Source: a virus. From it: a DNA stretch of 64,000 nt. The translations under genes and the position numbers were made by a program. Positions 1 to 11,500 of this stretch are shown piece after piece (within the stretch, counting starts at the first letter, position 1; each line of letters opens with the position of its first letter). The notes under the pieces were generated by a model. The model had not been told where the DNA came from. It worked only from the letters and a program-made list of their open reading frames with translations, and searched no databases. The stretch spans positions 92,878 through 156,877 of the IMG/VR virus record IMGVR_UViG_3300042453_002354. The stretch is one strand, 5' to 3'.

Positions 1-974
1 CCTATGAAATCAATATAACTTTGTCCACTCCCTGTTCTACCATTTCCGATTTGTATTAAACAAGACTGTGTACTTGTATTTGAGTTTCCGACATAAAATT
101 CGGCGCCTTGTTTACTTACTGTAACGTTACCATCTGAACCTATTCTAAATCTTTCAGTAAATCCTGTACCAGTTTTAATTACGAGATTATCCGATGTTCC
201 TATTGTTCTAATGGAATTTGTGATGACATCGCCAGAAGATGAAAATCCGCCTGAGTTTATAATTCCAGTGACATCAATATCAGTTCCCCAGAGTTTTCCT
301 ACTCTACTTCCCGATGCACCAATGTCATAAGTTGAATTTGGTATAAATGCCGCATTTGTTCCATTTGCTATGCGCCATTGATAAGCACCGCCATTTGAAC
401 CAAGATATAATGATTGCCCAGTTCCAGAATTTAATTGATTTCCAAAAATTTGAGATAATGCATTAGTAGTAGCTCCGAAATTTTGACTATTGGCGGTAGA
501 GGGTATTAAGTTTCCTCCGCTATCTAGATTCCATTTTGTTGCGCCACCGGCTGCTAGAGCTAGTGTGGTATCTGAGGTAATCTTTCTAGAAAATGTTTCA
601 GCTAGATTGAAACCAGAGCGTCCTATCTTTAATTGATTGTTGATCAGAGGTAATAAATCGCCAGATGAACCATTGACTCCTTCTATTTTCCAATAGTCAG
701 TTCCTCGTGCTTTAAACTTTATACTGGCATCGTGAGAAGAAACAAACGGTACATCGGTAAAAATTCCTAATCCAGAATCTGTATCAAATTCAATTCTGGA
801 AAAACTAGCTTGGGTTGACGTACCTTGTGATAGAAATAATTTTGAAGGTACTGTGGAATTTGTGCTATGTACGAAAACGCCTAGCGTTTCACTAGCAAGA
901 ACTGGCAATTCTTGTAATGATGGTGTCGTATCATCACTAACTACAAGTTTATTAATCCCTTTATTTCTGGACAT
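1..974 (-). CDS. Tail fibre-like virion protein (3' end runs off the window; not in supplied ORF track)
   Basis: ATG at 974 (MSRNKGINKLVVSDD...); same frame at window edge reads LIQIGNGRTGSGQSYIDFI; G/S/T/N-rich; downstream of a TATAAATA late promoter and adjacent to fibre genes. Confidence 0.65.
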   Translation of the reverse strand, partial: MSRNKGINKLVVSDDTTPSLQELPVLASETLGVFVHSTNSTVPSKLFLSQGTSTQASFSRIEFDTDSGLGIFTDVPFVSSHDASIKFKARGTDYWKIEGVNGSSGDLLPLINNQLKIGRSGFNLAETFSRKITSDTTLALAAGGATKWNLDSGGNLIPSTANSQNFGATTNALSQIFGNQLNSGTGQSLYLGSNGGAYQWRIANGTNAAFIPNSTYDIGASGSRVGKLWGTDIDVTGIINSGGFSSSGDVITNSIRTIGTSDNLVIKTGTGFTERFRIGSDGNVTVSKQGAEFYVGNSNTSTQSCLIQIGNGRTGSGQSYIDFI

Positions 975-1008
975 AGTAATCCCTCTGCTACAATGTTATT
1001 TGCACTTC

Positions 1009-1016
1009 TATTTATA
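1009..1016 (-). promoter_or_regulatory. T4-type late promoter TATAAATA
   Basis: Exact T4 late consensus on minus strand, overlapping stop of the upstream gene, ~35 nt before ATG at 974. Confidence 0.65.
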
Positions 1017-2118
1017 GTGCGACAGAAGTGATTGCCTGATATCTAATTGTAGCTGCCCAATGTACTGTGTTGGTTGGATGTCCAACTACCATTACTTGTA
1101 CATTAGTTCCCGATACTTGTACGAATGCATTATAATCAGAACTGTCTGTGCCAGATATGTTTTGTTGTATACCAACTAAAGAGGTCGCAATTACATTCCT
1201 TTTGGCACCGCCTTTTATGTTTATCCAACAATTTTCATCAGCACTTACATTCAATCCTACCATATCAACTTCAAACCAAATTGCTGAATTTGCAACACCA
1301 GATGGAACATTCGGTAATTCAAAGTTCCAAAGTATTGTTGGTGATGAATCGGTAGTCATTACCGCATTAGTTAAAATGTGATGACCAGATTGTGCAAATC
1401 CTGAATGTGTTTTTAATTCTATTTCGGAAGAATTGATATAAGTTATAGGATTATCCGCAACTAAATTTTTTACATATATTGCTTCGCATTTATTTGAAGG
1501 ACTGCCTATGGTTATATTATTTGCTAGTTTATCTCCTGTTATACTAGCTGCATCCACTGTTTTGATATCAGATCTTTCTACTGCGTGTACATAAATGTCA
1601 ACTATAGAAAGTCCACTTGGTGCTGAATTGAATATGATTGTATTCCCTACTTTAAGATCTGGCGAAACATTCAAAGTCCAATCATTTCCAAACTGTAAAG
1701 GTACTTTATTTAAAAATACCGTCATACCTTCTTCTCTTAATAGTCCAAGATCAGGAGGTAAGAATCCTAAACTAGAAAGATCGAATGTTGTTGTACTTCC
1801 ATTCAAAGTTGGTGCTTCTAATCGTATTCGTAAACAATAATTTCCCGAAACAGCAGGAACAGAAATTTCTCTACCCAAATAAACAATATAAATTCTTTCG
1901 CCGAGTAGTGGAGGATATGAAAATGCAATTTTTCTTCCGCCTTCAATTAAACCATATGAAAAGTTTGGTTCTTGTACGACACCATCACTAATAACTAAAA
2001 TGGAAGATGAATGTCCAACTTGATATGTTAGTGTAAATTCAGTCGTAAGACCGTCTGGAGAAATAACTTGTTTCTCAAAAACTCCGTATGCTGCTCCCGA
2101 ACCTAGATACTTTGCCAT
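1012..2118 (-). CDS. Virion structural / tail fibre-associated protein
   Basis: 368 aa; N-terminal 'YLG...DGxTTEFTL...DGVVQEP..Y' beta-sandwich repeats also present in the neighbouring fibre protein; structural module context. Confidence 0.6.
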   Translation of the reverse strand: MAKYLGSGAAYGVFEKQVISPDGLTTEFTLTYQVGHSSSILVISDGVVQEPNFSYGLIEGGRKIAFSYPPLLGERIYIVYLGREISVPAVSGNYCLRIRLEAPTLNGSTTTFDLSSLGFLPPDLGLLREEGMTVFLNKVPLQFGNDWTLNVSPDLKVGNTIIFNSAPSGLSIVDIYVHAVERSDIKTVDAASITGDKLANNITIGSPSNKCEAIYVKNLVADNPITYINSSEIELKTHSGFAQSGHHILTNAVMTTDSSPTILWNFELPNVPSGVANSAIWFEVDMVGLNVSADENCWINIKGGAKRNVIATSLVGIQQNISGTDSSDYNAFVQVSGTNVQVMVVGHPTNTVHWAATIRYQAITSVAL

Positions 2119-2121
2119 ATT

Positions 2122-4698
2122 TTAAATCTTTATAATATAATTTAATACTATGTATGGTGGGTTTGCGGAGAAACTTGTTCCGGGCCCTGGCGCAGAAATC
2201 TGTCCTGTGGTATTTGTAGATCTACCTAAAGATGTGATATTACTATCACCAGAAACGCCTCCTGTAACCTTTCCTATCTTACCAGTGAAAGATCCGGTTG
2301 GATGAGTATGCTCTCCGTTACTTGAGCTATTACCAGTAAATGCAGGAATATTTATTGTATGCTGGTGAGAGGAATTAGTTCCTGGTACAGTACCTCTTAC
2401 AACGTGGTCGTGTGTAGAACCTGTTGTGCTTATTGACACAGAAGACAAATTGTGTGTATGTGTAGCACTTTCTGTTGTAGTTGTTACGGTTAAATCGTGA
2501 TCGTGATCTCCATCATAATTGGCCGAATTCGCTCTTAAATTTTTATCCGAAGACAATCCACTGCTTACAGTTCCAATCACAAAGTGATAATTAGTCGATG
2601 ACCCAATATTTCCAGCACGTTCAATATCAATCGTTGAAACTGAGTGAGTATGATTTGCAAGTCCAGTACCAGTTTCTGTAATTGCATCGGCGGCGTGTGT
2701 GTGATTAACTGAGTTTGCGCTAGTGGTTCCTGATAATTCGTGAGTATGTGCAGGATTTCTAGCTGATAAAACCCCAGAGATTGCCAATTGTTCAGATGAT
2801 GCAAAAACTTGTCTACTCACTGAAGATGTGTCACCTACGCTACCCAGAACGTGTTCGTGTGATCCTTCTGTTAAAGATGTTGAAAATGTGGTATGAGTGT
2901 GTGACGTTGAAGTACTATGAGTACCAGAATTTACAGTAATCGCTAAATTTGATCCATTTGATATGTTATGTTCGTGATGATGAGCAGGGACTAAATGAGT
3001 GTGTGAGTCATCGTGTGTATGATCGGGTAATTCGTGAAAATGATCGAACTGGCCTCCTGTGGCACCCAGAATGTTTGTAGGTGCCGATGCAGATTTACCG
3101 ATAGGAATTCTTTGTCTTAAATCTGGAACATTAAAACTTGTTCCGGCAACGCCTCCATATTTTACTCCTATAACGCTATATAGCGAAGGATACAAGCTAG
3201 AAGAATAACTCGATCCATCACATAATAACCATCCTGGTGGTGCAGTTTCGCCGCCAAATTGTATTATACCACCTATAGGAAACCCAAACTCAAGTAATTG
3301 TACTCTATCTTCTAAATCTGATATGTCAACACCATCTACAACTCCACCAACTGTTATATCGCCAGTAACGTTTAATGTAGGTGTTGATATATTTCCTGAA
3401 TCGATGGTGATCGATTGACCAACAACGGATTCATCAACTTTAATTGGGCCATTTAAATGTAATTCTTTAAATGGGTTTGCAGTAGTACCCAAATCTTTTG
3501 GTGATGCTGGAATGATATCACCATTAATACTAAAGTTTGTTGGTGATGTTAAGACCACAGAATTTGACGTATTCAATTTTACCAAATCAACGGCAGTTCC
3601 AGTGGAATTTTTTGATCTTAATGCTTGATTGTTATTCAGTAAAATTTTACTACCATTTACCGCATCGTCGGCAATTTTAGTTGAAATGACTGCACCATCT
3701 ACTAATTTTGCAGTGCTTACTGAATCATTTTGTAGTTCATAAGAACCTACCGAACTAGGAGGAACTACCAGTGCACTTTGATTTGGCGAGTATAGTGCTC
3801 TTCTGGAAACTGTAGAGAATCCTAAGTGTAAAATTCTTATTATTTTACCAACAGCGGGAGCAACATCAAATGTTATTCTGTCGAAAACTCCAGAACCCGA
3901 TGAAGTTTCTGTCAAAGACCAAGTTCCTGAAGAAAATCCTAAACTATCACCATCTACTATCACACCATCAACGGTAACTAATAATGACTTAGAATCTATT
4001 GCAGGTTGTGAAAGTGAAAAATTAACTTGTGAACCTGTTCCGGTATGTCTATCAACTACAAAATTTCTAAGATTTTGTTGTAATTGATCTGGACCCACAG
4101 AACCGGCAGTAGGAACAAAATTATATGTCGCTTCTCCTCTGTGAAGAACATAAATTTTTTCTTCTTCTTTTGGTGCTGAACTAAATCCAATTTGTTTATT
4201 ATATAAAGATCCTATACCAGAAATTGTGTAATCTGTTCCTGGTTGTAGAACTTCCCAATTGTCATAATATCCGTGAATTATTTCTACGTTTACATCACCG
4301 CTATCTGCTGGTAATATATTTCCATCGACTGTTATAGAAATATCAGTTCCATTATAATCTACCGCTGTGACGGCATAAGTTCCTAAGCTATCAACGGATG
4401 ATGGACCAGCAACTATTAAAAAATCGCCAGGAGCAAATCTTGATAATGCTGCCGCTAAATCTTGATCTGTTGTTGAAATTTGGTCGCCTAAAACAGTATT
4501 TTCAAAAACTAAATTTGTTGTATTTTTTACTACCGATCTGGTAATGTATTTCTGTCTAATTACGGTTATGTTCTCTTCATAACCGCCTGGCACTTCTTGT
4601 GATAAATCAAAAATTGTTTTTGTGCCATCGGGCACAATATCATCTCTGGTATTTGGACCAAAAATTAGAGGCGATTTTGCATTTCCTATGTAACTCAT
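2122..4698 (-). CDS. Tail fibre protein with phage tail-collar domain and His-x-His-rich tip (T4 gp12/gp37-like)
   Basis: FPIGGIIQFGGETAPPGWLLCDG...FNVPDLRQRIPIG collar motif; many HxH motifs; C-terminal NPPYIVLNYIIKI. Confidence 0.85.
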   Translation of the reverse strand: MSYIGNAKSPLIFGPNTRDDIVPDGTKTIFDLSQEVPGGYEENITVIRQKYITRSVVKNTTNLVFENTVLGDQISTTDQDLAAALSRFAPGDFLIVAGPSSVDSLGTYAVTAVDYNGTDISITVDGNILPADSGDVNVEIIHGYYDNWEVLQPGTDYTISGIGSLYNKQIGFSSAPKEEEKIYVLHRGEATYNFVPTAGSVGPDQLQQNLRNFVVDRHTGTGSQVNFSLSQPAIDSKSLLVTVDGVIVDGDSLGFSSGTWSLTETSSGSGVFDRITFDVAPAVGKIIRILHLGFSTVSRRALYSPNQSALVVPPSSVGSYELQNDSVSTAKLVDGAVISTKIADDAVNGSKILLNNNQALRSKNSTGTAVDLVKLNTSNSVVLTSPTNFSINGDIIPASPKDLGTTANPFKELHLNGPIKVDESVVGQSITIDSGNISTPTLNVTGDITVGGVVDGVDISDLEDRVQLLEFGFPIGGIIQFGGETAPPGWLLCDGSSYSSSLYPSLYSVIGVKYGGVAGTSFNVPDLRQRIPIGKSASAPTNILGATGGQFDHFHELPDHTHDDSHTHLVPAHHHEHNISNGSNLAITVNSGTHSTSTSHTHTTFSTSLTEGSHEHVLGSVGDTSSVSRQVFASSEQLAISGVLSARNPAHTHELSGTTSANSVNHTHAADAITETGTGLANHTHSVSTIDIERAGNIGSSTNYHFVIGTVSSGLSSDKNLRANSANYDGDHDHDLTVTTTTESATHTHNLSSVSISTTGSTHDHVVRGTVPGTNSSHQHTINIPAFTGNSSSNGEHTHPTGSFTGKIGKVTGGVSGDSNITSLGRSTNTTGQISAPGPGTSFSANPPYIVLNYIIKI

Positions 4699-4708
4699 TA
4701 TTTCATCC

Positions 4709-5053
4709 TTATGTGTTTACGTCTTCTATTAAAGAACTTTGCACATCAAATAAAATACCAGCGGATTCGGATTTAACTTCAACATAATCTCCAGGTTCTA
4801 AAACTAATTTATTACCTTCGATCAAACAAGGCAAAGCACTTCCTTCTGGAACTGGTGCGCCCTTTACGGTGTATGTTGACACACTAGCGGAACTATCATA
4901 AACTCTAACAGAAACCTGACCACCACCATTTATGGATGCGACACTAATATGGATAAAATAACTAGTCTTACCACTAGGCGCCGTGTATAACGTTTGCCAA
5001 GAAGCACCAACATCTTTCAAATTTGCATTTTTAAAATTGCTGTTTATTGCCAT
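4709..5053 (-). CDS. Small virion-associated hypothetical protein
   Basis: 114 aa, LYTAP...KLVLEPGD pattern typical of small T4-like tail proteins; AGGA RBS. Confidence 0.55.
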   Translation of the reverse strand: MAINSNFKNANLKDVGASWQTLYTAPSGKTSYFIHISVASINGGGQVSVRVYDSSASVSTYTVKGAPVPEGSALPCLIEGNKLVLEPGDYVEVKSESAGILFDVQSSLIEDVNT

Positions 5054-5065
5054 ATATTTTTCCTA

Positions 5066-5293
5066 TTAGCTCATCGCTATTGCTCTAGCAAGTAATAATC
5101 TATCGTTCTCTAGTGAGGAGAAAATTGAATTGATTGCAGAAACTAAGTTTGGTTCCGCTGCTGCAATAAAATTAGGATCAGTTTTAATCCTAATGTCCAA
5201 AAGATCAAGATCGCCTATCGCAACTCCCAATTCATTTGTTTTTTCCCACCATAATTTTACGGTGGCGTAATCGGGAACTTTAATTTCTGCCAT
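5066..5293 (-). CDS. Hypothetical protein (fibre/fibritin N-terminal-like motif WxxKTN)
   Basis: 75 aa, WWEKTNELG..IGDL..NLVSAIN; overlaps upstream gene. Confidence 0.5.
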   Translation of the reverse strand: MAEIKVPDYATVKLWWEKTNELGVAIGDLDLLDIRIKTDPNFIAAAEPNLVSAINSIFSSLENDRLLLARAIAMS

Positions 5294-5540
5294 TTAGTTT
5301 CTCCAAAACTTGTAATAAAAGATCCTTCATACCAAATAATTCTGATTTTATATTTTCAACATCTTGCTGTAGATTATTTATCTTGTCTTTTTGTATTTGT
5401 TTTTCTAAATTTTGTTTATCTCTAATCTTCTTGGCATTTTGATGTGCTTGCCAAGAAGATTCATCCACATTTACAATAGCACCACTTTGCATATCTCTGA
5501 CGAGACCTTCTCTATCTTTAACCTTATAGTATCTAGTCAT
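5280..5540 (-). CDS. Conserved T4-like phage coiled-coil hypothetical protein
   Basis: YYKVKDREGLVRD..SGAIVN followed by heptad-rich C-terminus; start overlaps stop of DUF4815 gene. Confidence 0.6.
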   Translation of the reverse strand: MTRYYKVKDREGLVRDMQSGAIVNVDESSWQAHQNAKKIRDKQNLEKQIQKDKINNLQQDVENIKSELFGMKDLLLQVLEKLNGRN

Positions 5541-8500
5541 TATGAATCCAGTGCGATAACTTGAAGATCTTTGACTCTTATTGGTTTAGTAGAATCATTA
5601 CCAGTTAATACTAGTTTAACTGCAACTTCACTAAATGGTGCCAATAGAGTTTCTTCATATTCAAAATCATTAAATGTATTACTATCTATCGAATTGCCTG
5701 GAAGTTTGTTTCCTACAGGAGTCAATTTGATGTAACGTACATTATCGAATTTTTCATTTTCATCCGAACCTGACATTTTTGCAAATGCTTCTACAGATTG
5801 ACCTTCTTGAACATTTGCCAAGAATCTAACTTTAAGAGCCGTGGCAGGATGTCTTAGGATCATTCTTTTTGTTACATACTTACAAGGTGCGGTGTGTCCA
5901 GTCGGTGATTCTGAACTATAGAAATCTTCTATACCCAAAACCGTCACATTAGATGATGTGGATGCCGGATCGTAATCTGAATCATATTTTACTTCAATTC
6001 TCAATTTGTAATCTGGTGAAGAATCTATAATTTCACTTATTTTTGTAATTTCATAAGTCGCATCATTTTTATTATCGGTAGAATTCATAACTTTAACATA
6101 TTGTCCAGATCTCATAGAAGAGAGAACAGATTTACCAATTTCTCTTGCTTGTGCATATGTTGCCAATCCATCACTCGAACAGGTTATTACATCTCTATAG
6201 TAAGAAATATCTACGGAAGTACCTATTCCTGTAAGATCTGCATCAACCCTGACGGTCATACTAGTTGAATCCGGTCTAGTAACACTGATTAATCTTACCG
6301 TCTTCTTTGACGTTCCGTTAATTCCTAACAACATACCAGGAAACAATTCACTCAAGGTCGATATTACTGCATAATTGCTTGTCGAGAACGAGTCGCCAGA
6401 AATTGAAACGGTTGCATTTTCTGCTACCATAACTTCTTCATCACCAAAAGACCAAACATCCAATCCCGAACTTGAACAAGTTGCAGTCGATGATGTGATT
6501 GTGAATTTTTTATCCACAGTCAACTGACTAGAAACAATGCTTGTAATTTTCCTTAAATTCTTACTGGTTCCACTCTGTACTAATACATAACCACCAACGT
6601 GATAGATTGAGGGTGTTGGTACGGATATTGTATTTGTATTTGCGGTCACACTACAAGTCGCCGAATCTTGTTTCCATCCAAAGAATACATAATCTGTTGG
6701 ATCGGCAATGGTTCTATACTCATCTATTAGTCCTGGATCAGAAACTTTATTTCCGATAATACCAAAATTCGATCTAGAAATGTCCAGAATAGGTGTAATG
6801 TTTGGATTATCACTAGACAACGTTGCTTGTACAAATAAACTCTTTGATGAACCTTCTATATTTCCTGGCGTTGTGATTATTCCAGCTATCGTAGGTTCAT
6901 CTAGAGTCCATTCTCCTTCGTTTGCAACACTTGCAATCAATTTAGGTTCCTCGAATATTACATTTTCGCCTGGTTGCACATCTTCAAAATCTGCAACGTC
7001 TGGCAAAACATAAGGATTTACATCACTGCCGTGCACACCCGAACCAGAAGTAATTCTATAATTATAATTAATTTCAGTTCCTTCTAGCTTCATATCAACT
7101 AAATTTGCGGTTATCTCATCAGCTTGAATGTCTGCTGTTGCGAATATCGTAGAACCACCTGCCGAATAATTAGTTTCTGATGCATCTTTTGGATTTCCAT
7201 TTTCATCAAAAATTTCTATTGAATACGAATCATAGTCCAAAACTGTTACATCGTGATACAATCTAACGGAATCTGAAGACTCGGTATTAATGTATTTTGT
7301 ATCTATACCGCCGACAGATTCGACCAAACCACTAATTTTTACTCTAGGTTTTCTATTGTCTTCCACTCGGTTTCTCATTCCGTGATTTTTGTGGAAAACT
7401 TTCAGTACATTACATCCTGCTTCAACCTTGAATGGATTATTTTTTAATTTGTCGAACGACAAGTTCTCGTTCACCAAAGTTACAATAGGATTTTTACTTA
7501 TATCAAATTCTGCTTTATGTAATTTGAACATTAAATCTGCTTGTTGATCTGGTGTCCAAGTAGAAGAGTTGGCGGACTTCAAAAACACACCATTGTATGA
7601 TGCGGTATTTTGTATAATGTCGGCCTTTCCTACAATCGACTGTCCGATTCTGGCATACCAAACTTCATAGTCTTGAGTATTTGCCATAACTACTATAGCA
7701 TATTCAGATTTTTCTTGTAGATATACGGGATAATCAAATTCAAAATAAGTTCCTACAAAACCGGCTTCAAAGTTTGAACTTTGTGGACCATATCCATTCA
7801 CAAATGATCTAGTTTTAGTATTCCATTTTGCTTCTGTATCAGGATCTGAAGAGAATGTTTCAAATGGTCCATAGTGATAATGATCTGTTGTTGTCCAAAA
7901 TGATGGATCACTTTCACTAACCGTAGGATGTACAGGTACACTAATATACAATCTTCCTACATTTCTACCACTCGGATCGTCTATCGGAGTATCACCATCT
8001 ATATCGTTTATAACTATTTGGTTTGGATACAAGTAAGTTTTCGATCCAGGAACTAATTTTGGTCCAGGAACGCCTGCAACGGTTTCTCTAATCTCAACAC
8101 TAACGGGAATGACAGGATTCGCAGAGCCTGATCTATCTTTAAATTGAATCGATCTACTTCCAGAACCAACGTGCGGTTTATTTCTAAAATATAAAGTTAC
8201 ACCAGTTATGAATGCACCACCTTCATCAGTTATGTTTATTGTTTCTGCTATCGGATCGACCCAACAGACTTTGTTCAACTTATAACTATTTTCTGTGCTA
8301 GTGCTTATGGTTTTCTCAAAATTGTCATATTCTGTCGACAATTTGGCACCACGTGTTGAGAGTATAGTTTCTTGTCTCTTTTCTATTAATCCTTTACATT
8401 CAAATCTGGCAGAACCTGAGGACTCTGAATCAGCTTGAATGTTTTGTGCGCTGTCTATAAATTTTATTACTTTAGTTCCTGTCTTAAAGCTAGGATTATC

Positions 8501-11500
8501 GGAAGAATCCTCCAAAACTTTACCCGTAGATGTGTAGATTGGTTTACCATCAGGAATGTGCAGATAACCCGTTATTGCACCTGTGCTATCGGCAATTAAT
8601 GGAAAATCGCCTGATGCATTTTTACTTCCAATCACTGGGTTAAAATAAACAACATTAGTCGAAGAGCTTGCACTTCCGGAAACCACCGGAAAACTATTCT
8701 TCACACTTTCAATTAATTCATCTCTAACTTTAAATGAAACAGGTCTTTCGACCTTAGACATTACAATTTCTTTACCGGCAGATGAAGGTATACAGAAATG
8801 TGTTACTGGAATGTTATCAATAAAAGCATATACTCTGACATTTGGCTTAAATCCATTTAATGTAAATTTAACAATTTGACTTCTACAAAATTCTGCAAAA
8901 TTAATTTCTTTAACAGATTCGCCAATTGACTGATTAATCACGCTAGGTGTGACCTTTAGTTTAACGCCACCTCTTGCTGTCGTTTCTTTACTAGTAATAG
9001 TTCTTTCGCCCTGAACTTGTAATCTTGGATACTTGTTCTGTGGCGGTGTAGTTCTACCATTAATATATTTTTTTAATTTTTTAATCTCAGTTTCAATTCC
9101 CTTTATCTTATTTGATAATCCTTTCTTTTCTTTCTGATCTTTAGAACTTGCGAGTTTACCTCTAAGCTGTTCTAGATCTCTTTCTCTTCTTTGTAGATCC
9201 GACTGCTTCTTCATTCTATTATTCAGCCATTGCATCTGCTGATTTGGTCTCATTCCATTACCAAATGCAGGTCCAGGAAGAGGTGGTGAAGTTATGGAGT
9301 CTATTTCGGTTTTTGTTCCAACTACATTAGTACTGAATTGCGTAGCATCTTTAGTGTATACAGTTCCCAATCCTTCGGAGAGATTAGTCAATGCATCGGC
9401 CAATCCATTATCAAAGTTTACGGATAAAGGTTCTGACTTTTCTGTATTTTTAAATTCATCCGATTCTGGTTCTAATTTTACCTGTCCAACAAATGTAACT
9501 ACATCGAATGGATTAATATTAATAAAATCGGAAGCAATTCTTTGTGATACGGACTCGACACTTTCATATGGTAACATAATCAAATCGTTTTTCATCGTGT
9601 ATCCGATTTGATTTCTTTCCACATTTCCTGCATTTCCGCTAGAAATTTCAGTAAATCCTAGAGGATTGGTTTCATATGACTGAACTTCTTTCAATTCAAT
9701 CATTCTTTCTACAAATGCAGGTCTCAACTCACCTTCTTTAGGATCTACTGCACAACTATAATCTTCATTCTGTACATCGCCTACGGCATGTCCTCTGAAG
9801 TTATCTACTAAAAATCCATTTTTAAATCTATCGTTGCCGTCTGCATCTTTTATTACTAGAGTTTCTGTATTTTTCTCTAAAAGCGAAAGTGAAGTGTAGT
9901 ATTCAATTTGTGTTATTCTATCTTCAATTTTGCCAATATCTCGCATTGTATATCTGCGATTATTTCTGTGTGTTAGAACAACTTTCTTTAGATCTGAGGT
10001 CAAGGCAGGCAATTCTACCTCGGCTACAACCATACCATCAAGAGGATCGTCGGGCATAACAGGTTTCAAAGATGAAACACCTTCGACAATGCCAAATGAA
10101 CCGTCAGTTCTTATATAAATTTTATCATTTCTATGTAAAAAGTGTTCAAACTGTATGAATATATCACTTTCTGGTACATAGCAAATTTTGCTATTAAAGG
10201 TTCCGGTATTTGATTTCGTGGATCTAAAATCCAAAACATCTGCTAATGGATATGAAGTTCCCGAATCGGTTGATGTATATTTTGGTATATCCGATATTGA
10301 AAACCCTGCACCCACTGGATAAGATTCGATTGAAAAGTAGTTACCATCGACCGAGTGTTCAAAATAATCAAAAACAATAGCAAGTCTTCCGGTAGGAGGT
10401 TGTGCACCTCTTTTCAATTTGATCGATGCGATATCATAAAAGGAGTCTCTTTGTCCATCATCCAATTCATATCTATCAACAATGTCTATATTGGATGCCG
10501 ATGGTGCTGTCGTAAAATCAGAGGACATGTAAATATGTTTTACTCTAATTACATCCTCAACACCTAATGATATACTTTGTAGATCGGTTTTTAATGCATC
10601 AGTTAAGACATAGTATTGACCACTAGGAGTACCAGTATTCTGATACGTACCCGTTCTTAGTGTTTTTTGCTTAGGTGAAGCATTGTTCTCGCCTGATATT
10701 CTACAAGGTACAATAGCTGTTATGTTTCCAGCAGTAACCAAAGAGCTAAATGTTACTACAACTTCAGTTGAACTATTAAAAGTCACATTTTCTGCCTTTA
10801 GCGTATTGCCTGCGCTATCGGAAAAGAACCATTCAGTTGGCGAATAGGAAGGAAATGCACCCTGATCTGCACTTAAAATGATTGTTATTGTGTTAGATGA
10901 TAACGTTCTAACAAAAAGTTTTTGTGCAGTATAATCAAACTTATCTTCGTCTATAGATCTAATGAATCCTTTAGGAATCACATATAATAGAACACTAGCA
11001 TCTTGATCTTCCAGATCGGTATAGACTCTACTTATTGTTATATTTGTCTTTGCGTCCGATTTGGCCGCATCTAATTGAACCTTTTGATTGTCCAATGGTG
11101 CATTTACCACATAATAATGATATTTAACTTGATTAGAATCTTCGTGTATGATGCAATCATTTTTGGATAGCTGTTGATACTCCGTAGTTCTCCAATATGT
11201 CCCATTACCAGTCGCTACGCCTCTAAAATTTGAAGCAGGTGTTATAGTTATATCGGCACCCTCAAATGGTTCTGAAAATTGAATTACATCACAAGAAAAT
11301 CCAGCAGTACCATCTGCGCCGCCCTGAAAAATAGATTGAACGTGTTCAAATGAATGATCATCTTTTGTTATTTGTATATCTGTTAGATGCAATCTGTATG
11401 CGGCTGCGGAAGTACCAGGAGTTCCATCATCGAAATCGAAATACAAAACTCTAGCGGTTCCTATACAATATGCAGAGTCTATAGTTTTTGTCGGTCCAGT

